DNA of 64,000 nt from Dimorphilus gyrociliatus (lineage: Eukaryota > Animalia > Annelida), in the NCBI GenBank assembly GCA_904063045.1, contig CAJFCJ010000004.1:55578-119577 (forward strand). The letters run 5' to 3'. The notes under the pieces were generated by a model, which saw only the letters and a list, made by a program, of their open reading frames with translations, searched no databases and was not told the origin of the DNA. The position numbers and the translations under genes are program-made. This document shows positions 1 through 12,899 of this stretch, in pieces (positions within the stretch are counted from its first letter, which is position 1; every line of letters begins with the position of its first letter).

Positions 1-673
1 ACTGTCTCTCAGTAATAATTAAGTTTTAATAATTAATTCAATCATAATTTATCTATGATATCATTCAAAATAACGAATTTTACACCATCTTATTATATCT
101 AAGAGATAAAAAATAATATTTACACTATTCTAACCATATTTTGTTAATAAATTCTTTACTATTCATTGAATAAAACGAATAAACAGTGTTTGTTTTATTA
201 AGAAAATATAAGAATAGTAGTTTGAAAAAAGAAAATAAAATCAGGTTATACAATAAAAAATAGAGAAGAATGGTTAGAGATTCAATTTTAAACTTGTTAC
301 GTTTTAGAATGTAATAAACATTTTTTTATAAAAAAAAACCATAAATCTTAAGTGAAAAGAGGATTTCGTTCTAGTTTATTAACCGGTTCAACAGCTAAAT
401 GATTTAAATAATCAAAGATTAAACGTTTTACCAATATCATATATAATATAATCTTGTATTTATTCAGGTAATACTTAAAGAATATGAATATACAGTATAT
501 ATAGGTCATAAAACAAACAAGAAAATTTAAGGAAACAGTCAAAGCAAACAAAATGAAAAAGTTTTTTTTTGTTTTTCAACACTACTTTCGTCAAGTTTCT
601 AAGAATGTTATTTTTTCAACAAGATTATCTCTCAAACGTATTATTATAATAAAGTGCAACCTTTTTTGCTAAA

Positions 674-698
674 AGAGAGAGAGAGAGAGAGAGAGAGA
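674..698. repeat. (AG)n microsatellite
   Basis: Directly visible dinucleotide run. Confidence 0.95.
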
Positions 699-899
699 TT
701 TCAATTGATCTAGATTTACAAAGTATATGGGCTGACCAAAATCGATATCAATCCTATATTATACGAACATAGTCGCTGATAATAATCACGAAAACATTGA
801 AAATAGTAAAGGAAGGAAGATTGCTTTAAGCTAGACTATATTCTGTGTTGAACGTCTTATATATGATTCGCTATTTTGAGATATTTGTATTGTTCAATT

Positions 900-1823
900 A
901 TGCTAGTATACTTAGAACACACTTGTAAAACTTTAAAGTTGATTATGTTTGGCCTATTGCCTTTAACTATAATTTTTCATTGTTTATCTGTCTTCTATAA
1001 TGAGTGGCATGTGGAAAAAACTTTTGAAGAGGAGACGATATTCCGTCAAAGTGATCAGACGATTCAAACAAAAACAATAATTTATGAATATTACTATGGA
1101 CTATTTAAGAAATGCTTCAAATCAAAATGTTCCGATATTGAACCATTTCCACGTAAGGCAATTTTAAATAAATATTTAAAGCTGTCTTCTTCCTCTTCTT
1201 CTATAACTTTTTCTCTATTCTTTATTCATGTATATTCTTCTATTTGCCTCTTTATATTTTCAAGTATTATAGTATTCATTCAAATATTTATTATAGATTG
1301 GTTAAGATTTATTCAAGTCCTTATGGTTTCAAGTTTAGCTTTTATCCTGTTTGGAGAATTGATTGCCATTTTATCTGGTTTGTCCGGTCAACATTATTAT
1401 CCTAAAGATAAAAAGCTTTTGGGATCATTTTGTATTATAGCCTGCATTTTTACGTTCTTATCATGGATCTTGTACATTCCGCTAATAAAGAGTAAAATAC
1501 CCGAATCGAATCTGAAAATGGGAAGAAGTCATGGTCTAGCTGTCATTTCATCTATACTGTCATCAATAGCAACAATTATAGTATTTTCAAGCAATTCCGG
1601 AACAAAGAATTTATCGAGAACTACAGTTTCGCCTACAATTAGAACTGTTGAATCAACCGTTTCACGTCCATCAGTATCGGAGAGTTCAACAGGGAGGAAT
1701 AGTATAAGTTCTTTATCAATGGAAAGACATGTAATCAGAGAATCATTCATAATTCTTCCACCCCCTTACAAAAATAAGCCACCTCCCTACGACCTTCCAG
1801 AGCTACCTCCTTCTTACTATTAG
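900..1823 (+). CDS. Claudin/PMP22-like tetraspan protein 1 (exons 900-1152, 1297-1823; ~259 aa)
   Basis: ATG 900. TM1 is followed by W...YGLFKKCFKSKC (claudin-type W-GLW-C-C signature, with GLF). Phase-1 GT-AG intron 1153-1296 precedes xWLRFIQV (TM2). Four hydrophobic segments; tail with PPPY/PPPY/PPSY. Confidence 0.85.
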   Translation: MLVYLEHTCKTLKLIMFGLLPLTIIFHCLSVFYNEWHVEKTFEEETIFRQSDQTIQTKTIIYEYYYGLFKKCFKSKCSDIEPFPRKAILNKYLKLSSSSSSITFSLFFIHVYSSICLFIFSSIIVFIQIFIIDWLRFIQVLMVSSLAFILFGELIAILSGLSGQHYYPKDKKLLGSFCIIACIFTFLSWILYIPLIKSKIPESNLKMGRSHGLAVISSILSSIATIIVFSSNSGTKNLSRTTVSPTIRTVESTVSRPSVSESSTGRNSISSLSMERHVIRESFIILPPPYKNKPPPYDLPELPPSYY

Positions 1824-2431
1824 AATAAAGTATAATTATAATTAGTTAATAAATTACCTACTATTCTTATTTATAGAAAATACATATTTGTATAGAACAG
1901 TCTTAATGCATGCAAATAGTTTGAATACTTAGAGGAGAATACATAATATTACGTAGACCAAAATCACCGATTCATAAAAATATACTATAGAAAAGTAAGA
2001 GTATAAATAAAATAGTTTTTACAACAAAGGATTATTATTCTAGACGACTTTGTTGAGCGATAAATAAACCTCGACTTTTTTTTTAAATAAATATCACAAT
2101 TCGTCCTATTTGCCCTCTTGCGTTCATAGAATATTTTATTCTTTAATATTAATACCCTTTCTTTAGCTATTGATAAAATATTTCTATATTAATAGAGGTC
2201 GAATAACTTCGTGAGCGGGAACGTGTGACTAATAGTTTTAAGACGTTCGCTTCTTTTTTTGTTTTCTCCTTTGATAAGAGACAAATATATTAGATACTTT
2301 ATTGTTAAAAGGAAAATGATAATCATTTAGTTTTTTATATACTTTCAAGAGTTAAATAGATATTTTGTTGCCTTTTTGCTTGTTTTTTCAAATCCATTAA
2401 ATATTAAACTACTTCGTATTTTGTTTAATTG

Positions 2432-3296
2432 TTAAGGCATTTCTAAATAGCCAGGATTAGCGACTATTTCATCATAGCGTCCTTCATTACCATCTCTACG
2501 ACTCATACGAGGCTGTGCTGGATTTCCCCTGTTTCCTTCTTCATTATTGTAGTAAGGAGTGTATGGAGGAGCTTGACCTTTCACTGGGGAACGACTTCTT
2601 CCTCGATCACCTCCAAGTTTAGGATATAAACCGGGTGGTACTTGATTTGATCCTTGTAGGAAATTTGGAGTATTAAATTGCATTCCGCGTCTTTGTTGTG
2701 GGCGTTCCTCTCCACTGTTCATTTTAAATATTATTATACTTGTGACGAAAGAAAATATCGTAGAAATAATAGCCAGGCCAAAAGAATAACCAAATCGTTC
2801 CAAAACTGGATTGTTAAACATATCTTCGTCTGAAACTTTAGCTACAAACACTATCCAAGTTGTACCGGTAAGAAGGCAAGCCAAAATTACAAAGCTTAAA
2901 AGGAATTTCTTACATTTACAACTTTCTACACACTTACAAACCATAGCTAGAGCTAATAATTGTGAAAGTAGCAGAAAAACTAATGACAAAGAAATTCCAA
3001 CCTGACAAAATCTGTAGAATGCTATAGGAAAGAGATTAAAGTATTTTAGATAAATATACTCTAAGTATTACATAAAATAGTTACTAACGATATGTGTCTA
3101 AAAAAACTCCGTCAATGCTTCTGACATCAGTTCCTTTCTCAGATTTAAATAGACCATACATTGTGTCCCCCTGATGGTACCAATTTCTTGTTGCAGCAGA
3201 GACAATATGAATAATCGTCGTTGAAGGCAGCAAAATGAAGCAAACCCACTTTAAAATCTTAGACGAAGAAGACACATTAGAGATAACTTTTTCCAT
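2432..3296 (-). CDS. Claudin/PMP22-like tetraspan protein 2 (exons 3296-3089, 3021-2432; ~265 aa)
   Basis: MEKVIS...ILLPSTTIIHIVSAATRNWY..YGLFK. Phase-1 intron gttagt(3088)...ctatag(3022). TM2-4 include FGYSFGLAIIST; P/G/R/Y-rich tail ending NPGYLEMP. Confidence 0.8.
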
Positions 3297-3575
3297 TTTC
3301 TCCCAGATTAGAGCAAATATGTGTATTGACTTGAAAATGAAACTGTTGCCTCTCCCAACTTCTAACACTCACAACCTATGCTACACCCTTTTCAAGAATA
3401 GTATTTCACCTTAGGCCAAGATAAATAACTACAAATATATATATATTTATATATTAGTATATGCCTTGTATTGAGAGGCCACTGTCAAATTTAACTATTC
3501 AAAATAGTTCAAGTGACAATTTTTTGTTGCTAGTTTTTAATACTACTATTATATTTGTATATTAATTAAATTATC

Positions 3576-3614
<39 letters not shown>

Positions 3615-3900
3615 TTTTAAATATGTATTGATTATAGATATTACTTAAATATACATATACTGTATATATAGATATATATCATATTAGTATAAATAAATTT
3701 ATATATATATATATAAGTATACAAACGTTCAGTGTACTTGCTAAAATCAGTATTTCTCTAGATATTAAAATACAAGTACAAAATTAATAATAATTATTAT
3801 TATGTTACAAATACTACTTTTGCTTTCAAATGATAAAGTAACAATAGTATGAATATAAAAGTTTATACAACAAATAGCATGATATTTCTTGTTCCTTTTT

Positions 3901-4625
3901 CTATGACTGACCAATTAAGTAATCACCCTTTAAGTGTAGATAAGGTGGAAGAACTTGAAAAGAACACGACTTTTCCTTTTCGGACTGTGAAATATGCTTT
4001 AAGAGTTCTTGTCTCACTTCGTTTCTTTTTATCTTATAAGACGTTTTGAGGAATGCAAAACTAAGACCGAATAGACACAATGATAAAACGGATGATAATA
4101 CAGCAAGAAAGAACGAATACGAAAGCTTTCCTTGATAAAACTCATTAGAATTATCATAATCTGCTTTCTTTACTAAATATATTATCCATGCAGAAAAATT
4201 GAATAGTACAGAGATTCCTCTTCCTATAATAATAATATAGTTTATCAATTGACCAGAAAGTTTCTTAACAAAGAGAGCTGCTATCTCAATTGCCAATGAA
4301 AGAGTAAGCAAAGAGATGGTAATACACATGAAGACTTGAACAAGCGTCAACCAAGCTAAAACAAATATAAAGGTTTATTAAGACTATATCATAAGAAATC
4401 ATTACTCTCAGTATTAAATGTGCCAATATCTTCATTTCCATGGCATGTCCCAAATAATCCTATACGCTTTTTTATCGGTTCTTCTGTTAAATCTCTCGTA
4501 TCTATACCAATTTGAACAAACCATTCACAGGTCAATAACGCAACTAAGATGGCCACTATGCATACCATTAACAAACATAATAACAAACATTTAGATTGAA
4601 CAATAATCCTTATGCATTCTCCCAT
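3901..4625 (-). CDS. Claudin/PMP22-like tetraspan protein 3 (exons 4625-4406, 4355-3901; ~224 aa)
   Basis: TM1 then EWF...IGLFGTC; 50-nt phase-1 intron before xWLTLVQV; LSYSFFLAVLSS at TM4; codon phases add up. Confidence 0.8.
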
Positions 4626-5787
4626 AATCAAAGTTTTTATCTGAAATTTTGTAGAAGAATTAATATTAAAGAACTAGACGAAATATTTTAATACATATGG
4701 AAATTTCCTGTTCGATTAATTTAATATTAAATTAGTCAATAGAAATCTATTCTATTTTAGCCAAATAAAATGAAAACGGATGCATTGAAGCGGAATATCA
4801 GCTATAATATTTCACGTATTTAGAAATACTTAATTAAATCTTCATATATTACCTTAGATTACTCTGCTTTCGCCATAGAGTGATAGACAAATGAAAATAG
4901 ATAACTTTCTTTCGTTTCTGTTAATACCGTATATTCGTGGTTAACCTTGTACTTCCAATAACATCCGGTTATTGGTAAATCAATAGAACAATTCTACTAT
5001 AAATCGTTTTCAAAATATTTTACCTTAACTTTCGCTTAGCTTGGTATATTTAAATCCTGGATTATTCATTATAGATTTCTCTTTGTAAGAAGAGATAGAT
5101 AGATAGAGAGAGAGAGAAATACAGGAAACGAATTTCTCAGAAATTAAAGAAGTGACTCAGAAAAGATTTTTTTCTATATCTACACAACTGATAAGATAGA
5201 AATATTGTATAATGATAACAATAGAAAAAATCCTATTTAATTGGCAAATTAATCAATATTTTTAAGAAATTAATAAAAATAAATTTCCTCCAGGCATGGA
5301 ATAAATATATTCAAAGAAATAGGTTGAACACTACTGTATTATAGATTTTATATTACAGATCTATTAATAGTGATATATTTACTTTTATTATAGAAAGAGA
5401 CGAAATTGTTATTAATTATAAATAAATCACAATATATAGAGAGTATAGGCTTTTGTTAAAATTGATATTATAACTAATATATCTATCTACAGCATGTACT
5501 TGAAAATATATTGTCCATTAAGTATACACTTAATTGAACATAATATTTATTTAACTTTATAAAAACATAATCTACTTAACTTCGTTACGTTTCTCTTAGG
5601 TGTGTAATTACATTTAGTTTATATTACTATAAACGTCAAGTCTGATTTCAGTTAATGACTATTAAAAACTTATAAAGCACAGTATGAACATTGTTCGGAA
5701 GAGCATAAAATATAGATTAACTATTCTCTACTATAGAAATTAAAGTTAACGGTTAGTTTGTTAGTTTAATGGTTTAATATTTCATTA

Positions 5788-6377
5788 TTAATTTTTTATT
5801 ATGTTAACAATAGACTTTAATTCAAGTAAATTTGTTAAATAATGAGAATTGTTTGATTCGCTATCAGTGTTTTCTGGTGTTTTTTGAAGAAGTTGCTGAT
5901 TTGATCTATTGTCGCTGGTTGTTGAATTCCGATTTGACCGATTATTTTGAAATGGATGATTTGGATGGCTTAGAGAACATCTGTGATGATGTTTTGTATT
6001 TTGCTGATTTGACATCTTTGATGGTGGTGTCAAGAATAACGGCTGAATAAGAAGGACGAATGATAAGGCGGACGATATCGTTGCCATTATAAAGGATAAA
6101 GATAGTCTTCCTTTATGCGTAATATGAAATACATTTTTCACTTTTAAAATAAATACAATCCAACTGATAGTAGTAAGTAAACCAGATAGTAAGATAAGGA
6201 CTGTTATGGCAATTTTTTTAGTAGGATTCTTCCTTAGCCTCGTTACGACAGACAGGATGGACAGTATCTCCGTTGCTACAAGAATGAATAAGCTAATTAT
6301 CATTCCCACTCGAACGAATATTAGCCAATCTGTAGGGAAAATAGGAATAAGGCACAAATTTGCTAAAAATATATAGT

Positions 6378-6424
<47 letters not shown>

Positions 6425-7280
6425 CCCACTGTCTGGCTAGTAATCTATTTTAAACACAAACCTTCCTTAAATAAATCTGTTCCTGGAAAATCTACTGATT
6501 TATCTCCGTATACGGCGAACAATCCTGAATGAGAATCATTAACTTCAAACCAATAGCTGGTTGCCATAGAAATAACATGAATGAATATCGTAAATGGTAA
6601 TAGAGGATAAATTAGTATCTTCATATCCCAGGTTAAATTCTCAAATTTTATTACAACTGATTTCAAAACGCTATTAGACAATAAGAAAAAGTTTGTTCTA
6701 GTATTTTCTCCTTCCGGTTTTGTTAAGATAATTAAAGACATTATAAAAGAAAAAACCGACGAGATTATGGCTGATATGAGCGAATATGAAACCTTAATTG
6801 TTTCTTTGCGTGGTTTAGCTAGCATAATTATGATAGTCAACCAACTTAGACTAGTTAATAACCATATTAGGAGCAGAGTAGACCCTATCAAATACTTTTC
6901 AATTATATAACTTTTCCGCCCGGTAGACATTGCAAAAACGATAAAAACACCTAATATACTAAGTAGAGCAGGACTAATGATCATTGTGACTCTGACTAAT
7001 TTAAGCCATTCTGTAAGTTAATATAAAAGAATCTTGTTAATATATGCTTGCGTTAATATCCATCAAAGTAACAGTAAAACTTACCGTATTCATCAATTAA
7101 TTTTCCATTACAATTTTTTAAGTAACATATTTCAAATAATCCAAAGGATATTTTATAATCAATTACAAACCAGTAGTTTGTAGATAAAGCGACAAAATTA
7201 CACAATAAAGTTAGAATTAATAGTATAAAAGTCAGTTTTAGTCTTAATGATGATTTTAGGAAATTTCTGATACATATCAT
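5788..7280 (-). CDS. Tandem double claudin-like protein A, predicted 8 TM (exons 7280-7085, 7010-6462, 6329-5788; ~428 aa)
   Basis: Exon 1: TM1 plus YW..FGLFEICYLKNC. Exon 2: TM2-4 of domain 1, linker, then a second TM1 plus YW..SGLF. Exon 3: DWLIFVRVGM and TM2-4 of domain 2. Both introns are phase 1 GT-AG; total 1287 nt. Confidence 0.8.
6381..6420. repeat. (CT)n microsatellite inside intron 2 of 8-TM gene A
   Basis: 20 CT units; explains the ERERER stretch in the ORF track. Confidence 0.95.
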
Positions 7281-8556
7281 AACTATCCTATTCGGTATAT
7301 AATCAATATTTAAGCAGTAATAATCTATTTTGAAGAGTGAAGCATATAAAAAAGTGTATCTTCCTCTATCTTCTCTTTCTCTCTCCCTCTCTCTCTCTCT
7401 TTTTTCTCTTCCTTCCTTATTATTCTTTTAGTTGGTTATGGTAAATTAATAAGAGGTATATTGAGAAAAGGCAGAATAATAACAGTTGTCAAAGTCTGTT
7501 TCTTTTGAAATATAATCCCTCTTCAATATTTTCACATTGATTTTCTCAAGTTTTTTCTATATAATTCTCATATAAAACTACTTACATAATATTAATAAAT
7601 TGATACATATAAATTAATATATACATATATATATATATATATACTATTTAAATTTAATATCTAATAATTTGATTAATTAGAGCATATTAGAAAATCAATT
7701 TTTTCAAATTTTTGTTGTATATATACTTGTATAATAATTTATTATTACCAATAAATAACAAAGAAATAGTGTATAACGCACAGTATAATCTTATCATTTA
7801 AAGATGATAGGTCAATTTTAGTAAAGATGGAAAAGTACTCTAGTATTTAACTAAACATACTTTTATTAGAAATTACACATATAAATATTAATATAACCTA
7901 TTTAGATAAATGATTGAATATTCACTTTTCTTTATGATTTTGCACTTGAAATTGAGAATAAAAAGTGAATTTTTTCTACTACAATAAAACAATATTCAAA
8001 ATTAAAGTTTCGCCTTTATTCATATTTTATTATTTATTCAATAAAAATTATAGATATAAAGTAGTTTTGTTTGAATTATCCTCTTTTTTTGTTTTAATAC
8101 AACTGTTCATCTTCTCAATTGATTTTTCGTTTTACATAAGAAAGATAAAGAGAAAAATTAACGTTCTTCCCTTTTTTTTACACATTTAATTTTAATATTT
8201 TTGTTAAACAATTAAAAAGAAAAAATAAATAAAAGAAATGGAATTTTCTTTCTTGAATAATTTGAGATTTTTTTTCTCTTTTCTTCGTTTTTTCTTTTCT
8301 TCTTCTTCTTCTCCTTCTCCTCCTCCTTCTTCTTCTTCATCCTCTTCTTCGTCTTTTATACTTTTGTTATCACTTATGGCATTTTTTGCGATTGATTTCG
8401 CCTAAGAGAGAAAAAGTTTCCACTTCTTTTTTAAAAGCCTATCAGTATTTTTTTTTCTTTTTTTTAATTAACTAACCTAAAAAGATCTCCTCTAAGTATA
8501 TATATATATATTAGTTATATACATATATATATATATATATGCAGTTATTTACAATT

Positions 8557-8967
8557 TTAGTTTATATATGATGAAATCTTTAATAAACGAGAATTTAAAT
8601 GCTCAGCTTTAAGGCTAATTTCAGTTTCGCGCCAAATTTCTTGTAGGCTTTTCCCGAAAATCGTTTGAAAATTTTCGTAAATAACATCAGATTGGTTCTG
8701 CTCTTTCAATTCTTCATGTAATTCTTCGATATAGTCTGGAATTCGATGCCATTTACCTAACTTTGGTCTTTTATCAAATGATATAAGAGTTGCTGAATAA
8801 GTTGCGAAAGGAGAAACGTAATCAATCGGCTTTTTTACTCCAGAATCAATCGGATCTATTCTATGCGCCTTCGTTATTAAAATAAATGATAATATAGATG
8901 AAATTAAATAAAAACTAATTGAACATTTTTTAAAGCTTGTTAAACTGATTAATCCTTTAGCTGCCAT
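8557..8967 (-). CDS. Orphan protein with N-terminal hydrophobic segment (putative signal peptide), ~136 aa; may have further exons
   Basis: The 159-codon open frame is long for such AT-rich DNA. From ATG 8967: MAAKGLISLTSFKKCSISFYLISSILSFILITKA, then a hydrophilic, protein-like helical segment. No family recognised. Confidence 0.45.
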   Translation of the reverse strand: MAAKGLISLTSFKKCSISFYLISSILSFILITKAHRIDPIDSGVKKPIDYVSPFATYSATLISFDKRPKLGKWHRIPDYIEELHEELKEQNQSDVIYENFQTIFGKSLQEIWRETEISLKAEHLNSRLLKISSYIN

Positions 8968-9643
8968 CGTAGGGAATCCTTTTATCGAATGTAAAACTTG
9001 AAAGCGTTTAGCGCGATTTATAGAAGGAAATTTCACATGACCAAACTTAAGAGATAAGAAGATAAGAACTCTTGTCGTATATATATATATATATTAAAAG
9101 TTATTAAACAGTTCAGATAGCTAATTAAACTTGGCGTAGAACGCAGTGTATATGTTTACTTTAATATAACTCTTTAATTAGGTTTATCATTAAAAGAACG
9201 ATTTATTCGTTTATTTATTCGTTTTTCAAACCTATTAGTTTTATCTTTAGACTAAGTTTTAGACAATAAGCTGTATCCGGTAAAAAACCGGTTTAAGTTG
9301 ACCCCCTTAGACGGATGTCTGAAAATGATTTTTTTTATGTCAGGTCAAGGCAATAATTCTTATTAACTCCTTAACATTTCAAATAAAAAAAAGCTCCTTT
9401 GTCATCATTTTAGCATTTATTGTCAAGTAAAAAATCATAAACTAAATATATATATATATATATATATATAGAATATCTATATCTTTGTATATTCTTATAT
9501 AAGTTGCTATGTTAACTCTTATCGCTATTAATGATATTCAAGAATATTCTTGAACTATAAAAATTCCATTTTTTTAATAAAACTTGTCTGAACGAAAAGA
9601 AGTTTGTTAACTTCTTTGAAAAGAATTCATATGGAAAACTTTT

Positions 9644-10869
9644 CTAAGAATTTCCATTGCTATTATCCACAATTGGTTTATAATTGTTCCGACCGGTAAT
9701 AATAGATAATAAAAGGATAACAAATGGAAAAATTGATGATATTATAGATAAAATAATAGAAAATGATAAATTTCCTTTTTCTAATATTTTAAAGTCGGAT
9801 TCTCCCATTTTAATAAATACAATCCAACTTGTAGTTGTTAATAATCCAATTAAAAACAATGCAATTCTTATGCATGCCCTTCTCCTTGTATTGAGTCCTA
9901 CTTGAAGCAATATTAAAAGTATGGCAGCTATTTCAACGATGATTAATAGGACAAGACTACTTGTCATTCCGATCCTAACAAATTTTAACCAATCTGTAAT
10001 AGATAATAGTTTTTATCTATAATCTATATTATATATATATATTTATTTATTTATAGATTTCACGTAATTGATTCTCTTACCTCGTTCGAAGAGATCAATT
10101 CCAGGATAATTGTTTGATTTCTCTCCAACACTAATAAACAAACCTGAATGTGAAGAACCAATTTCGTACCAGAATTTTGTTGACAATGAAATTGCATGTA
10201 TAAATATCATAAATGGTCCAATTGGATAAATCAGTAATTTCATATCTAATAATTCATTTTCAAAATAGTCTCTATTCAAATTTTCACTTTGTCTCGTATG
10301 ACTTTCAGTGTTTTCTATCAGGCTTACTAAAAAACAATTAGCTAGTGACAGTAATGAGGAAACTATTGCCGTGTAGAAGAAAATGGAGATATAGATGGTA
10401 TGTTGATTATTTGCAAAGGTTGGATATATAGTAAATAAGATTAATATCCAACTATAGCCAGTTAACATTGAAATTAGTAGAAAGGTAGTAGAAATGAAGA
10501 ATTTCATATTTGGATGAAGTTTATAAGTTTTATACGTTAAACTAATAAGCCATATTGTATTCATCGTTAGGAAGTAGAAACTTGAGGACAATCCGGTGTC
10601 AATTGAATCTAATCTACCTATATAAAGATTTATTTAATAGAGATAAATACAGTATTTTCATAAGATAACTTACCAGTTTCATTAAAGTAACACTTTCTTC
10701 CATATTTACAATACTTGAATAGTTCATTATAGATATTACGTTGACCGAACCAGCAATATATTGAAAACGAAATTAGATAAATAATAATATTTAGAGGCAA
10801 AATCCAATACTTAATCAATTTCATTCTATTATTTGCATCGAAATATTTAACGATCCACTTATGAAGCAT
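9644..10869 (-). CDS. Tandem double claudin-like protein B, predicted 8 TM (exons 10869-10674, ~10617-10081, 9993-9644; ~360 aa)
   Basis: Same three-exon layout as protein A. The second domain is clearly paralogous (DMKLLIYPIGPF..FWYEIGSSHSGLF..PGIDLFER|DWLKFVRIGM). Phase-1 introns; first acceptor could be 10618 or 10609. Confidence 0.8.
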
Positions 10870-11872
10870 CTTCTTATAGGATTATTACAGAGCAAAAAGG
10901 ATAAATGTTAGCTTACTAAATGTAATTTCCATCCAATAATAGGAAAATATGATCTATTATGTTAATTAATTTCTATAATAACTTCATTGTTCGTATTACT
11001 TCCGAGCTTGTATTCTAATTCTCAATTGTGTAGTAGTATCGTTTTGGAACTTTTTCTCTGTGTGTTGTGGAATATAGTATTTGGTTTACCTCTTGATGAC
11101 CTTTAACCCACTGCCAATACTAATATAATAGCTTAAGGAAGTTTTTATTACTTCAATACCAAACTTCTTTTCATTCTTCCGACAAAGGTAGATAAGAGAA
11201 CTTTCCCTATTCCATTATACAAGTTTTTATTAATTTCTTTTATATATTAATGCATAATTCATATATACTTTAGAATTTTACTTTTGATATAATAACCTCA
11301 ATACACTTATTCTTTCTTTACTTTGTTCCAGTTTTTATTCATTCCCTTTTGTTAATTTGGATAAAGACATATTATAATTCGTAAAAAAGAGATCTCAATA
11401 TTGTAGGCCAAATTCTTAAGATTTATAGGTCTAATAATTCAACTACGTAGAAAATATCCCTTTTTAAACAGAAAACTCATATAATTCTACTTATCATCAT
11501 TGAATGAAATTGCAAATAATTAAAACGTAAAAAGATAAGAATTTTGAAATATTATACGAAATATGTTAATATTGCCTACTATCTAAATGAGTCGATTATC
11601 AACTATAAAAAGGGTAAAGTTTATTGATTGTTTGACTGTATACAGTATATATGATTACTTTATACATTTGAATAATATTTAAATATCTTTATAATAACAG
11701 TTATTGCAAGTGTTCTTCTAATTTAGTTTCCTTAAAATGCACAACTAAAAATAGGCAATTAATATGTATATAAACCCTTAAAAATAGTATGTGAGGTAGA
11801 CAAGCTCATTCGCCACAATCCATAAAATATATCTACTTCCTCATTTAAGAAAATAGTGAAAAAATCACTTTA

Positions 11873-12681
11873 ATGACTGATTTTCAGATTTCTCGATCGG
11901 TATTTCTGCTTGTTATACATATTTGCATTGCTAGTGTTGTTCATATTATATCCCTATCAACTCAAGGATGGCATAATGGCTATGAGAATGTTGGACTCTT
12001 TCCCCAGGGAAACATTCCCGGTAAGTACTTAATTAACACTCACGAAATTTTTCTAAGATACTAAATATTTCAAAAGACTGGTGGAAACTTACACAAGCAG
12101 CTATGGTTCTAGGTCTAATGTGCCTTATGATTTCGGAAGTTTGCGCCATTATCTCTTTATTGAGTAAACAAAAATACTACCCAAACGATAAAAGAATAAT
12201 TGCCGGGTTTTTACTTCTTGGATTTATATTTACGACGGGAAGTTGGATAACTTTTGCGGTTGAGATGAGAAAAGAGGACAATAGATTTCTGTTGGGGCTT
12301 GCGTCCGATTCAGAGGAAAGTTTCAGCTACTCCTTCGGTCTGGCTGTCGTATCGTCAATTCTCTCCTTCCTCTTAATAATACAAACATGGATAGTAAAAA
12401 AGGGAGAGTATGACGATCCCTATCCAACCGATGCTCAAATAGGGGAGAGTATCTATGACAATAATTCACTTGTGTTACGTCCTGCAAACGGGAAAGATGG
12501 TGGAGTTAATAGTACAAAAATCCCGTCAACTGCTAAAGACAACTATTCAGCAAACCCTGTTTATAGAGACAGTTTCAATCCGGAAAATGTTGACAATTCA
12601 CGCTGGAGTGTTTCGGAATTATATAATTTTCATGGTGTTCCTAAGAGTATGTCAAATCAAGAATTTAATTTTGTCCTTTAA
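11873..12681 (+). CDS. Claudin/PMP22-like tetraspan protein 6 (exons 11873-12020, 12077-12681; ~250 aa)
   Basis: HIISLSTQGW..VGLF; 56-nt phase-1 intron gtaagt...aaag before DWWKLTQAAM; FSYSFGLAVVSS; tail with NPVY ending FNFVL. Confidence 0.85.
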
Positions 12682-12899
12682 ATCTATTAATATAGAAAAT
12701 ATCTGTATTTATCATGCTAGTATCCATGCCATAACTATCGTGAATGAATTTTGTAAATATATTCTTACTCACTGCAGATATATGTTTAAAAATAAATAAT
12801 GATTTCATAACATGGTTATGGTTATAAATGTGTATTTCCTCAATAATAAGTCACTAGAATCACTAATGGTTCGAATTTTAAAAGATAAACAATAAAAAC

